The position numbers and the translations under genes were made by a program. From sequence record PV158447.1: a DNA stretch of 64,000 nucleotides. One strand, written 5' to 3'. The notes under the pieces are model-generated. The model was not told the origin of the DNA and made no database searches. It saw nothing but the letters and a program-made list of their open reading frames with translations. Positions 48,005-57,215 of the stretch are shown one piece after another. The stretch's first letter is position 1. Every line of letters starts with the position of its first letter.

Positions 48005-49942
48005 ATGTCAAATCTTTATAAAGAGTTTGTGCAGTTAGAAGCACAGATCAAGTACCACGACCACTTGTACAGTGTAGTGGATAAACCGATTATTACCAAC
48101 CAAGAGTACGACGCTTTAGTTGCGCGTTATCAAGAAATTCTGGAAGAACACCCAGAGTACAAACCAAATCACATTCCTGGTTTCATTGATCAGCCTGATG
48201 GTTTCCAAACTGTCGATATCGTAGAACCGATGATCTCCATCGTTAAGAAGAAGGATCGGGAAGAGTTCGTTAAATGGATCAAAAAGAACGGAGGTGTTGC
48301 TCCAGTTTACGAAGAGAAACTGGACGGCGTTCCTGTTCGGTTGATCTATGAATTCGGAGAGCTTGTGGGAGGACATCTCAGGGGTTCTCAAACTCTGAAA
48401 GGGATATTGGTGAGTCATCGCCTGAAACTTGTTAAGAATATCCCACAGACGGTTCCTGCTCTGAAGGCGAGTTCCCGGACACATATTGATGGAGAAGTTT
48501 TCTGTCTTTATGAAGATCTGGAGAAGTATGCGTTACAGTGGGATATTGATCCTAAAGAGATCGAATCCAGAACGACAATCAGTGGGAAGTTAAAACGCCT
48601 CAAGGATCATGAGCGCGATACACTCCCCATGTATTTCCGTGTTCACGGAGCCGGTAAAGACGTCAGAGATCTCTACAAACACTGGATGGATCTCCGGGTG
48701 GATTTGGTTGAGTGGGGATTCGAAGTTGCCGAGATCCTCTCTGGAACACTTCTGGAAGAGTTATTCAGTCTGAAGGAGAAACCCAACTTCGGTTACGCGA
48801 TAGATGGGATCGTAGTAAAGAACAACGACCTCAGCAAGTGGAACGATGAACACATGGTGGGTTACTATACTTACTGTGCTTGTTACAAGTTCCCGACTCG
48901 TTGTTTGGAAACTGTTCTGAAAGGAGTGAGTTGGGGCTTGACAACCCAAGGAGCATTGGTCGGGACACTTTACTACGATCCGGTGGAATACGACGGGACT
49001 GTTCTCCAGCGGGCCAAGCTGAACTATGCAAGTGAATACATCAAAGCTGGGTTATCCATCGGTTCGATTATTCAGATTACTAAATCCAATGAAATCATTC
49101 CAAACATGATTGGAGTAAAGGAGTTGGGTCATGGTAAACGGATAGAGTTCCCCAAGACCTGTCCAATGTGTTCTCAGCCCATTGTGAAGGAAACTGAAGA
49201 TCTGTACTGCTGTGTTAACCCGAACTGTTCTGGGTTGATTCAGAAGCAACTGGAGCGTATTGTTTCTGTTCGTGGTTTGGACATCAAAGGTTTGGGAGGG
49301 AAGGGAATCGAGCAACTGATCGAAGCAGGCTTTTTGAGTAACCCCAAAGATCTGTTTGAGATCAAACTGGAAGATTACCTGAGTATTGGGATCGATCAGA
49401 ATCGAGCTGAAGAGATCGTGGAGCAAGTCGCAGCAGTGTCGGTACTTCCGTTAAATCGCTGGCTGTATGCTTCTTGTATCCCGGAAATGGGAGTAGTCTC
49501 TGCACTGACCTTAGCCCAGCAGTACAATGTCCACTTTACTGAGCTCACTTCACTCTTTGGGTTGCTGAAAAGTTCAGAACTGATGGTGGAGTTATTTGGG
49601 GTAGATGGGATGGTGATGAGCGAATACGTCACCAAGAACGAAGCGGAACTACTTCACTTCTTCATCCATTTTGATTTTGAAAACTATTTGGTTCCAAGTG
49701 ACGATAAGGTGGTGGTTGCGTTCTCTGGGACTTGGATACTTCCACGGGAGGAACTCCGAAGTAAACTGGAAGAACACGGTTACGAACTGTCCGATCGTGT
49801 CACCAAGAAAGTTACTAAGTTGGTAATTGCAGATAAACCTTCTCCTGGGAAGATTGCTGCTGCTGAAAAGTTCGGGGTTCCTATTATCCAGGTTTCTAAA
49901 CTGACTACCATCAATAACCTCCTTACCGAGCTTGATCGCTAA
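48005..49942 (+). CDS. ligA: NAD+-dependent DNA ligase
   Basis: YHDHLY..DKPII.N.EYD (Ia domain), EEKLDG, DGIVVK, CPMC...C..PNC zinc finger, HhH motifs, C-terminal BRCT. Confidence 0.95.
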   Translation: MSNLYKEFVQLEAQIKYHDHLYSVVDKPIITNQEYDALVARYQEILEEHPEYKPNHIPGFIDQPDGFQTVDIVEPMISIVKKKDREEFVKWIKKNGGVAPVYEEKLDGVPVRLIYEFGELVGGHLRGSQTLKGILVSHRLKLVKNIPQTVPALKASSRTHIDGEVFCLYEDLEKYALQWDIDPKEIESRTTISGKLKRLKDHERDTLPMYFRVHGAGKDVRDLYKHWMDLRVDLVEWGFEVAEILSGTLLEELFSLKEKPNFGYAIDGIVVKNNDLSKWNDEHMVGYYTYCACYKFPTRCLETVLKGVSWGLTTQGALVGTLYYDPVEYDGTVLQRAKLNYASEYIKAGLSIGSIIQITKSNEIIPNMIGVKELGHGKRIEFPKTCPMCSQPIVKETEDLYCCVNPNCSGLIQKQLERIVSVRGLDIKGLGGKGIEQLIEAGFLSNPKDLFEIKLEDYLSIGIDQNRAEEIVEQVAAVSVLPLNRWLYASCIPEMGVVSALTLAQQYNVHFTELTSLFGLLKSSELMVELFGVDGMVMSEYVTKNEAELLHFFIHFDFENYLVPSDDKVVVAFSGTWILPREELRSKLEEHGYELSDRVTKKVTKLVIADKPSPGKIAAAEKFGVPIIQVSKLTTINNLLTELDR

Positions 49943-49949
49943 ACTCTCT

Positions 49950-49967
49950 GGGCTGGGAAACCGGCCC
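49950..49967 (+). terminator. terminator with GAAA loop
   Basis: gggctgg-gaaa-ccggccc followed by ttttattt. Confidence 0.75.
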
Positions 49968-49988
49968 TTTATTTAGAAAGGATAACAC

Positions 49989-50300
49989 ATGTTAACTGTT
50001 AAAATCGCGCACAATAAAGACCTCATGAATCAGTTGGAAGAACTGAAAGATGTCATGGGGCAAGCTGGTTTTATGACCCAGGAAACTAGTCGTTGCTTTA
50101 CCGTTGAGTTTCATAAAGAAGTGATCGATATCGACGTTGTAATGAAAACCATCGATCGTAGGACTAATTTCTCTGCCTGGGTAGAAGAACGGATCGGACA
50201 CAGTAACAACATGACCGTTTATATTCGTATAGCCTCACAAATCAACGCAGAAGGAATTGACCTTTCCTCCCAAGCAACCAAAGCCAAAACTCTGTTCTAA
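49989..50300 (+). CDS. hypothetical protein
   Basis: AAAGGA RBS. Confidence 0.7.
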   Translation: MLTVKIAHNKDLMNQLEELKDVMGQAGFMTQETSRCFTVEFHKEVIDIDVVMKTIDRRTNFSAWVEERIGHSNNMTVYIRIASQINAEGIDLSSQATKAKTLF

Positions 50301-50309
50301 GGAGGACTC

Positions 50310-50552
50310 GTGTTCCAATCCCATGAACTTCCCAACAACCCATTTCATCCTGCTGACTTTCGTTACTGGCTGAAGAATACTCGTATTCTCCACGTGGCGG
50401 TGAAATACGTTTCACAAGGAACTGTGGAGGAATTGGGGACTGCCCCATATACCGGCGAGTCCATTATTCCAGTAACCCCAGAAATCCCAGAGCTTCGTCA
50501 AGCCTGGGACCTCAAAATCATCAACAAAGATAACCTCAACGAACTTTTGTAA
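50310..50552 (+). CDS. hypothetical protein
   Basis: AAGGAGG RBS, GTG start. Confidence 0.65.
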   Translation: MFQSHELPNNPFHPADFRYWLKNTRILHVAVKYVSQGTVEELGTAPYTGESIIPVTPEIPELRQAWDLKIINKDNLNELL

Positions 50553-50564
50553 GGGGAATTTATT

Positions 50565-51206
50565 ATGTTTAAAGCACGTGTTCTTGATGTAATTTCTTAT
50601 ACTCGTCTGAACGATACTTTCTCTCAGTGGTTGGAAACGTTCCACGCCCTTAAAGCCGGAATGAAAATGATGATCGAGGAATATATCCCAGAAATGGATT
50701 TGGAAGTCAATGGTCTTGTTCTCCGGCATATCCCAGGTTCCCATTTTACTATCAGTAATCAGAATGTCTTCTTCATGATCGCTCTCCCTGATCAAGATCC
50801 GGAGAAACAACATCAGTTGGACTACACCGAAGCGCTGATCACCGAGTTGGTGAAATTGAACCCGGATGGCGGGTTGTATATGTTCGGGAAGGACGTGTTT
50901 AAGTGCGCCTTTCTCCCTGATGAACTAATTCTCCGAGTTATCCAGGATGTATACGAACTTACTCACGGGAAGGTGTTCTCCAAGAGTAACCGTTACACCA
51001 AGGTGGATGGACTCTGGATCCCCTACACTCTTTCAGTCACGGAGACGGAGAATGGTCAAGTCACTTTGGAACTCCAAACTGCTGTGAACGATCCCTCGAT
51101 AGAAACCAATTGGATGACCCACAATGTCAAGTCCAAACGTTTCCCTATCGGGTCTGATGGTGACCTGGAGGTCGTCCAGCTTGAATCAGTACTCGAGGAA
51201 GGATGA
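50565..51206 (+). CDS. hypothetical protein
   Basis: AAGGGG RBS, 213 aa. Confidence 0.7.
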   Translation: MFKARVLDVISYTRLNDTFSQWLETFHALKAGMKMMIEEYIPEMDLEVNGLVLRHIPGSHFTISNQNVFFMIALPDQDPEKQHQLDYTEALITELVKLNPDGGLYMFGKDVFKCAFLPDELILRVIQDVYELTHGKVFSKSNRYTKVDGLWIPYTLSVTETENGQVTLELQTAVNDPSIETNWMTHNVKSKRFPIGSDGDLEVVQLESVLEEG

Positions 51207-51240
51207 TAAGGTAACTTAAAAAACAGCTAAGGAGCACGTC

Positions 51241-51780
51241 ATGCCAAAGTGGCAAGCATATACTGACGGCGGTTGTGTCGACAACAGCTCCATGGGCGGT
51301 ACGGGAGGAATGGGAATTCATTTGGTGTATGGCGATCAAGTAATGGAGTGGTCTTATGGGTATTTCAAGACCACGAATAACCGAATGGAAATGAGGTCGA
51401 TTATCTTCATTCTGGAACAGTTCCAGGATCCAGTGTCGATTGAAATCTTTACGGATTCACAATACACGATCGATGCAGTGACCAAATGGATTTACAACTG
51501 GAGACGAAATAACTGGATGACTGGTTCTGGGCAACCTGTAAAGAACAAAGACCTGGTTATTAGATTGGATGAGTTGATTAAATTCCATGATGTCACACTG
51601 ACCAAGGTGAAAGGTCATAGTGGCGTTCCTGGGAACGAAGCAGCAGATCAACTTGCTACCATGGGAATTAAAAATCCAACGTTACATGACGAAGGGTTTA
51701 TTCCCACTCCAGTCGTTCCTAAAGTTCAGAGTACATTCCACCCACATCGTAAGTGGTTTAAACGACATAAGAAAAAGTGA
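51241..51780 (+). CDS. rnhA: ribonuclease HI
   Basis: YTDGG, TTNNRMEM, TDSQY, KNKDL, VKGHSG..GNEAADQLA. Confidence 0.95.
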   Translation: MPKWQAYTDGGCVDNSSMGGTGGMGIHLVYGDQVMEWSYGYFKTTNNRMEMRSIIFILEQFQDPVSIEIFTDSQYTIDAVTKWIYNWRRNNWMTGSGQPVKNKDLVIRLDELIKFHDVTLTKVKGHSGVPGNEAADQLATMGIKNPTLHDEGFIPTPVVPKVQSTFHPHRKWFKRHKKK

Positions 51781-51785
51781 ATACT

Positions 51786-51814
51786 GAGGTAACCGGGGAC
51801 TCCCCGGTTACCTC
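51786..51814 (+). terminator. near-perfect palindromic hairpin/terminator
   Basis: gaggtaaccgggga-c-tccccggttacctc, 14-bp arms. Confidence 0.75.
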
Positions 51815-51847
51815 TACCTTTTGTATTATATTTTTAAGTTCCATTTT

Positions 51848-51865
51848 ATTTCAAATAGATATTAT
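51848..51865 (+). promoter_or_regulatory. putative early promoter
   Basis: ATTTCAAATAGATATTAT (17/18). Confidence 0.75.
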
Positions 51866-51904
51866 CTAAATGTATGTTCAATGAAATGTTTAATGGAGTA
51901 ATCG

Positions 51905-52945
51905 ATGTCTGATATAAAACACTTTGTGGCGTTCTCCGGTGGGTTGGACAGTACTTGGATTTTGTATACACTCTTGAAAGAAGGTCACCGTGTCGTTCCT
52001 GTTCACGTTTCAGTAGGTGCCGCCACTTCCCAGATGTTACCGGAAATGTTGGTTAAACGAGAAATGCTGAAACGACTGGGGGAAATGTTTCCCGATCAGA
52101 TTGTTGATGAGGAGTATACCAGACTTCCTTCTCATCCCCTTAACATCACTGATGGGGTGAACTGGAAAACAGGAAATCCTTATCCGGGGGATTTGATACG
52201 CGACACACTTATTCAGCAACTCTGTGTTCGCAATGCACTGGTGAATTGCCTGATTGCAAATCGACCTACTGACAGGTTTTACGCAGGGTGGCATTCTACT
52301 GATATCCCGAGTACATTTAATGAAAGGTACTATCAAGATTTGACTAGGCTGGAAACGATTTACAACATCGCCGATACCAAGTACATCAACCGGTTTTCTG
52401 ATTGGGCAAATCTTTCTCCGGTAATAGAAACCCCTGCTTGGAATAAATCTAAAGTAGTGATGTGGGATGATATTCCGGAAAGTATCCGCGAATTGATCAT
52501 TGTTGGGAAATGTAGCGTGGTCGAAGAGTTCGGTCACAATCAGATACGGATGGAAATTAGTAATGCGAAAGTGGGGGAGTATCTTGAACTTGGGATTGAA
52601 GTTAGTACCACGTTTGTTATGCCCTATCCAACGCTGGAAACAGATATTCTTTTTATCCATTCCAATATGTCTGGTATCGATAACACACCACTGCAATTTC
52701 AAAATGAATTGTTACCTTTCTTCACCTACCTCCAGAATTGCGTGAAGGGAGTGGGAGAAAGAATGCGCTGGCCAGGAACGGTTGGACAGTGGGAACAACG
52801 TTTTATGGTACACCTTTCCCGTAACCATAATTTCAAAGAAGAGATCACGAATCCATTAGCCTGTCCCGATGGTCGTGGTTATGTCGTTGCCAAACCCAAC
52901 ACCCCACCCCCGGTAGAGGAAGTGGAATTAATAAAGGAGGTCTGA
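51905..52945 (+). CDS. queC: QueC-like PP-loop ATPase (divergent; no Zn motif)
   Basis: FVAFSGGLDST, FYAGWHSTD and IETPAWNKSK map onto QueC motifs; no CxxCxxC. Confidence 0.7.
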   Translation: MSDIKHFVAFSGGLDSTWILYTLLKEGHRVVPVHVSVGAATSQMLPEMLVKREMLKRLGEMFPDQIVDEEYTRLPSHPLNITDGVNWKTGNPYPGDLIRDTLIQQLCVRNALVNCLIANRPTDRFYAGWHSTDIPSTFNERYYQDLTRLETIYNIADTKYINRFSDWANLSPVIETPAWNKSKVVMWDDIPESIRELIIVGKCSVVEEFGHNQIRMEISNAKVGEYLELGIEVSTTFVMPYPTLETDILFIHSNMSGIDNTPLQFQNELLPFFTYLQNCVKGVGERMRWPGTVGQWEQRFMVHLSRNHNFKEEITNPLACPDGRGYVVAKPNTPPPVEEVELIKEV

Positions 52946-53328
52946 TGAAACCGCACACCCGGTTACTCATCAAAGCGTTAACACAACGAAGGCAGTATCA
53001 TCATGTCGATGCTGTCAGTCGTGTGGTAGAAAGAGAAAAGGAACGGAATGAGTTAATTCTCAAGTTATATGGTGAGATAAACTCCCTTCATTCTGAATGT
53101 CTCTCAAAAGGGACCTCAATCGCTCTGAGAGAGGTCCGGCAATCTAAAGAGGGTGAATGTATCTGTTTGTTTGTCGACGCCGTATTTTGCGATACAGAGA
53201 CGAATAAATGGTATTACACTTTATCCTCGCCCCTTCCCGCTCACAGGGAGTTCTTTGAAAGAATCAAATTCTCTCTGGAACTGTTCTCAAGTCTTGTTTA
53301 TCAAGAACTGGGTTTAAAACTGAAGTAA
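52945..53328 (+). CDS. hypothetical protein
   Basis: AAGGAGG RBS; TGATG coupling to the QueC-like gene. Confidence 0.7.
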   Translation: MKPHTRLLIKALTQRRQYHHVDAVSRVVEREKERNELILKLYGEINSLHSECLSKGTSIALREVRQSKEGECICLFVDAVFCDTETNKWYYTLSSPLPAHREFFERIKFSLELFSSLVYQELGLKLK

Positions 53329-53347
53329 GCGTGTAATGAACTTAACT

Positions 53348-53375
53348 CCCAAACTCCCTTAATTGGGGGTTTGGG
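53348..53375 (+). terminator. terminator-like hairpin
   Basis: cccaaactccc-ttaatt-gggggtttggg, then ggcttttgttt. Confidence 0.65.
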
Positions 53376-53419
53376 GGCTTTTGTTTGTTTTAGAAGAAAA
53401 CTACTTAGGAATCTGAATC

Positions 53420-53746
53420 ATGAAAAGTAACAAAGCAACTAACGTAGCCAGACAAGTATTGACCACTCGTTTAGGTTACATCATCTCCCTGAAAGCTGCA
53501 AAGGGAATGACACTAAAAGAAATCGCAGCCAATGCCGGTGTTGGATCTTCCGCCATTAGTTTACTCAAGAACAGACGCTGGAACAAAATCTCTCTGAACT
53601 ACATTCTCAATGTGGCAGATGGGTTAGGTCTTGAATACGTTCTTACCATCGCTAATCAAAAGGGTAACAAAGTGACCAAGGTGTCGATGCCGTCTTACGA
53701 CAACGATCCTGCGATCCGAGAAACCCTGAAGTTAAAGGTGGTGTAA
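53420..53746 (+). CDS. XRE/Cro-C1-type helix-turn-helix protein
   Basis: GMTLKEIAANAGVGSSAISLLKN...ISLNYILNVADGLG. Confidence 0.85.
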   Translation: MKSNKATNVARQVLTTRLGYIISLKAAKGMTLKEIAANAGVGSSAISLLKNRRWNKISLNYILNVADGLGLEYVLTIANQKGNKVTKVSMPSYDNDPAIRETLKLKVV

Positions 53747-53834
53747 ACTAGAATGAAGGTCCCGTTGGGGAAGATGCACTATTCTTCCATTTCTGACCGG
53801 TGAGACGGTCTCATTTCCTCATAAGGACTTTGTA

Positions 53835-54674
53835 ATGAAAACCTCTGTAATAGATCATAACCCGTTGGTACATGGAGAGTGGATTCCGTTTAAGGGATTC
53901 GTATTCGAAGGTGAACACTATCACATTCGTACTCGTTCAGGTAGTGTGTACAACTCACTCCTTGCTATCAACCGGGCCTTTATTCGAGACAAACTGGACG
54001 TCCCCTTTGAAGAGGTTGTCCATTTTGCTTTGGTGAGAGATGAGGAGAAACCCCCTCATTGTCTCTTGGGTAGTACTCGGTTCTTCAAAATCGTTTCTCA
54101 GTACGGTGTGAGCTATCCAGTATATATCCGTCACTGGTCTCGTTTTATTCACCAGACTGAGCTGAATGGCGTTCGGTTTATTCACCCCACTGTCTTTGCA
54201 GCATTTCGTAGGAAGATAGATGGTGGGTATGGGGCTAGTGTTTTGATATTTGGTGAAGGTCGGGTCGGGCAGGATCAACCTAAGTTCTTTATGCGAGATC
54301 CACGTAACGAAAAGATCTGGGTTGACAAAAGCGAAGTTGTCATCATGCCGGGTGAGATTAATGCCAGATTCCGTCACTTGGGAATGGAAGAACGTAACCA
54401 TGACAACAAACGTACTCTGGCTGTTGTTATTCCTAGTCTTTTTAAAGTCTTTCCCAGGGAGTTCGGGAACTACTTTGCTGAGAGAGCATTGAAAGAAGGG
54501 AAAGTGTCTGTCAAAGAGAACGTCATTACCCCTACCGGGACCCCGTTGAGAGAAATCATTCTCTATTATGTTCGGGAGCGGATTCGTTACCTGGATAACT
54601 ACGTTGTTTCTCACAAACCAGCATACACCAAAAATGAACAAGCCGAGCTGGCTAAACTGCGGGAGATTCGATAA
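53835..54674 (+). CDS. hypothetical protein
   Basis: AAGGA RBS, 279 aa. Confidence 0.7.
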   Translation: MKTSVIDHNPLVHGEWIPFKGFVFEGEHYHIRTRSGSVYNSLLAINRAFIRDKLDVPFEEVVHFALVRDEEKPPHCLLGSTRFFKIVSQYGVSYPVYIRHWSRFIHQTELNGVRFIHPTVFAAFRRKIDGGYGASVLIFGEGRVGQDQPKFFMRDPRNEKIWVDKSEVVIMPGEINARFRHLGMEERNHDNKRTLAVVIPSLFKVFPREFGNYFAERALKEGKVSVKENVITPTGTPLREIILYYVRERIRYLDNYVVSHKPAYTKNEQAELAKLREIR

Positions 54675-55084
54675 TGTTACGCGAATATATGAAAGGTCTA
54701 TTAATTGCTTTTGTGGCAGTTGGGATCTACGGGACTGGTGTTCATGTTAAAGATTACTTTACGTTGGATAACATGGAAGAGAAAGCCATTGTGATTTCTC
54801 ACGAAAAGTGGAAACGAACTGATATCGTGGTTACATCTGTGGATGATCACAATTGTGCTTCTGGTAAGAAATGGTCAGTAACTTCGAAGAACGCCAACCA
54901 GACTGTGTTTGAGAATGAATACTGTTTCTCTAAACCTTCGGTGTTTTCATTCTCCAGAGAAGCCGATATCGTGGAACAAGTCCAAAGTAAAGACACTGAC
55001 AAGTCCTTGTTGATGCTAGATAGGACTATCCGTAAGTTGAATAACACTGTTTCGTTTGCTTCGGATCTCTTTGGTTCGAGGTAA
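54674..55084 (+). CDS. membrane-anchored or exported protein
   Basis: N-terminal hydrophobic GLLIAFVAVGIYG; C..C pair. Confidence 0.6.
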   Translation: MLREYMKGLLIAFVAVGIYGTGVHVKDYFTLDNMEEKAIVISHEKWKRTDIVVTSVDDHNCASGKKWSVTSKNANQTVFENEYCFSKPSVFSFSREADIVEQVQSKDTDKSLLMLDRTIRKLNNTVSFASDLFGSR

Positions 55085-55094
55085 CGATTGAAGT

Positions 55095-55119
55095 CAGAGG
55101 GAGGAAATTCCTCCCTCTG
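55095..55119 (+). terminator. terminator-like hairpin
   Basis: cagagggagga-aat-tcctccctctg followed by ttatt. Confidence 0.7.
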
Positions 55120-55156
55120 TTATTACCAATGCTGTTTATTTATTGAGGAAAAAATC

Positions 55157-56359
55157 ATGACTAAGAAAAAGAAAGGCACTGATGAAGTGGTAGGGACCAA
55201 AGAAGTGAGTCCAATCATTTCTAGTCCTTCTGTGTTTGATGACGTGGAAACGAGCATGAAAGCGCGCAAACCTGGGTACGACGAGAGTGGATCTGGGTTA
55301 CTTCCCGATCAAGAACCTGTTTTGATTATCAAAGGTGAAAAACAGGTATTAACTAAGAATAGTCGACCTGAACGAGGGTCTCTGTTTTTCTCCCCCCAGT
55401 ACCACGAGGGTTATGGCGAGGAAACTTATAAACCAATCGACGAGTGGTGGAAATACGAACGTGGCAATCTCGCGGTATACATGTCCCGTGGTTCCGTTTT
55501 GATCGTAGACAGCCTCAGAATTCAGAGTACCAGGTCCGGTGAAAAATGCATATTGGTTGTGGCCTCCTCTTATGTCAAAGCGACCACGTTAACTGTCGCT
55601 GATGACGCGTATGTACATGAGAGTAGACTGGAGAGTGATTCTAACACCATGCTAGGACTAACTCTTATTTCCGCCACATCAATCAGAACCAAAGGGTGGC
55701 TGATACTTCGTAATGTGGAAGCTAATGGAAGTAATATTTGGGTTGAGAGTTGTGATCTCCGCGATACCTCTCTGAGTAAAGCCAGGATTTGGGGTGGGAA
55801 AGCACACTTCTTTTCTACCAACGCTGCTGTGTTCGACACTACCCTGGGTGTTGCGAATGTGAAATGTATTACCATTAAAACCCATGTCAGAAAGTTGGAT
55901 TTTAATAACTACAATCTGGCCACAGGGGTTCTGTTAGAACATCGTGCGCACTACGGTAGCTTTGGTGCTGCGGAAGCTAGTTTTGTCCAAACCCAAGATG
56001 GGATTGCTTTTAACAACTTTGAGATCGGATGTGCCGAGTGGCTAGGTTCGGAAGTGGTAACCGATACGGACTCAGGTCCTCGGCCCTGGACTCCTTTCCA
56101 ACCGTCGGTGAACGTCGTCCAGGTCGCCTCTAACACTAAGCTGTTTTCTCAGTTGTTGGCAGTGGCATCTGGAAATCCTGGTGTGGGTATTAACGTGTTT
56201 ACCAATAAAATCACTAAACCAAACGCGTTGCAACGTGACTTGGTGGATCAAATCTCTGCTCAAATTACCAGCCGCATGCAGTTGTGGCAGACCATCAGTC
56301 TGTTAAAAGAGGTTGTTTTACGACCTGATCTCGGTGAATATGCTGGTGATTATTACTAA
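55157..56359 (+). CDS. hypothetical protein, possible beta-solenoid core; start 55157
   Basis: GAGGA RBS; periodic short beta-strand pattern in the middle. Confidence 0.6.
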   Translation: MTKKKKGTDEVVGTKEVSPIISSPSVFDDVETSMKARKPGYDESGSGLLPDQEPVLIIKGEKQVLTKNSRPERGSLFFSPQYHEGYGEETYKPIDEWWKYERGNLAVYMSRGSVLIVDSLRIQSTRSGEKCILVVASSYVKATTLTVADDAYVHESRLESDSNTMLGLTLISATSIRTKGWLILRNVEANGSNIWVESCDLRDTSLSKARIWGGKAHFFSTNAAVFDTTLGVANVKCITIKTHVRKLDFNNYNLATGVLLEHRAHYGSFGAAEASFVQTQDGIAFNNFEIGCAEWLGSEVVTDTDSGPRPWTPFQPSVNVVQVASNTKLFSQLLAVASGNPGVGINVFTNKITKPNALQRDLVDQISAQITSRMQLWQTISLLKEVVLRPDLGEYAGDYY

Positions 56360-56370
56360 GGAATTCAGAA

Positions 56371-57102
56371 ATGCCTAAAGCCGAAAAAGAGACAATCCGT
56401 GTTCGGAATGAAGCAATCAAAGCACGACTGATCGAACTGTGCGTTAAACACGGCTCTTTGTTTTTCCATCTCTCTGGAGAAGGGAAAGTTTCCTTCAACC
56501 AAGAAGGACATCATTCTGGGTTTATCCATCAATCTATCGATGGTGATCTGGGGTGTCTCTTCCCCAATAAGGACCATCAGGTTTCCGCCAGGGAACGGAT
56601 GTTCGACCGTCTCCGTAAGTTGAACTGTGTCCCACACAACAACCAAAAGGCGTTTGAGGATACCGTTCCTTCTAATGAACAGTGGTTAAAGTTCCTGGAA
56701 GACTTCGATAACGAAATCTTGGATAACACAGATAAGAAAGAATGGACAGCAAAACTCACTGTAGAGGGGGTGGTGGTCGTTACTCTTCGAGCCGAAGCGA
56801 TCTCCAATACCTTTGTGACAACTGCATTACTCACCATGGATACCGCGACCTATGTCACTCAAATTGAAGAGCTGGGAGCCCCCAGTGGTAAAGATCATGC
56901 TCAGGTCATAGTACTGGGTCCTAATCCGAAGTGGTCATATGTTGTAATGGACGACCAGAAACGCCGTCATGTTATCGACCAGGATAACTGTATGACGTAT
57001 ACTGATCGCGAGATTCCTTCTATCGGAGACCATCTTCTCCACGATCCTGAACGGAAGTGTTACATCGTGATCAATGAAGATGATTACATTCCGGTACGTT
57101 AA
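56371..57102 (+). CDS. hypothetical protein
   Basis: AAGGA RBS, 243 aa. Confidence 0.7.
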   Translation: MPKAEKETIRVRNEAIKARLIELCVKHGSLFFHLSGEGKVSFNQEGHHSGFIHQSIDGDLGCLFPNKDHQVSARERMFDRLRKLNCVPHNNQKAFEDTVPSNEQWLKFLEDFDNEILDNTDKKEWTAKLTVEGVVVVTLRAEAISNTFVTTALLTMDTATYVTQIEELGAPSGKDHAQVIVLGPNPKWSYVVMDDQKRRHVIDQDNCMTYTDREIPSIGDHLLHDPERKCYIVINEDDYIPVR

Positions 57103-57105
57103 ATA

Positions 57106-57133
57106 AGAGTAGGGGTCCGAAGACCCCTACTCT
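57106..57133 (+). terminator. terminator hairpin (arm-swapped member of the CT-rich family)
   Basis: agagtaggggtc-cgaa-gacccctactct. Confidence 0.75.
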
Positions 57134-57156
57134 CTAACTTTTTTAAGTTCCATTTA

Positions 57157-57174
57157 TTTTCAAATAGATATTAT
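57157..57174 (+). promoter_or_regulatory. putative early promoter
   Basis: TTTTCAAATAGATATTAT (18/18). Confidence 0.78.
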
Positions 57175-57215
57175 TAATATGTAAGTCTTAGGAGTTTTAT
57201 TTAGGAGTAAGAATA

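Noticed and set aside
8063-49942. Inteins or group I introns in helicase, RNAP subunit or ligase
   Set aside because: Motif spacing and lengths are normal; no splice motifs or homing endonuclease ORFs recognised
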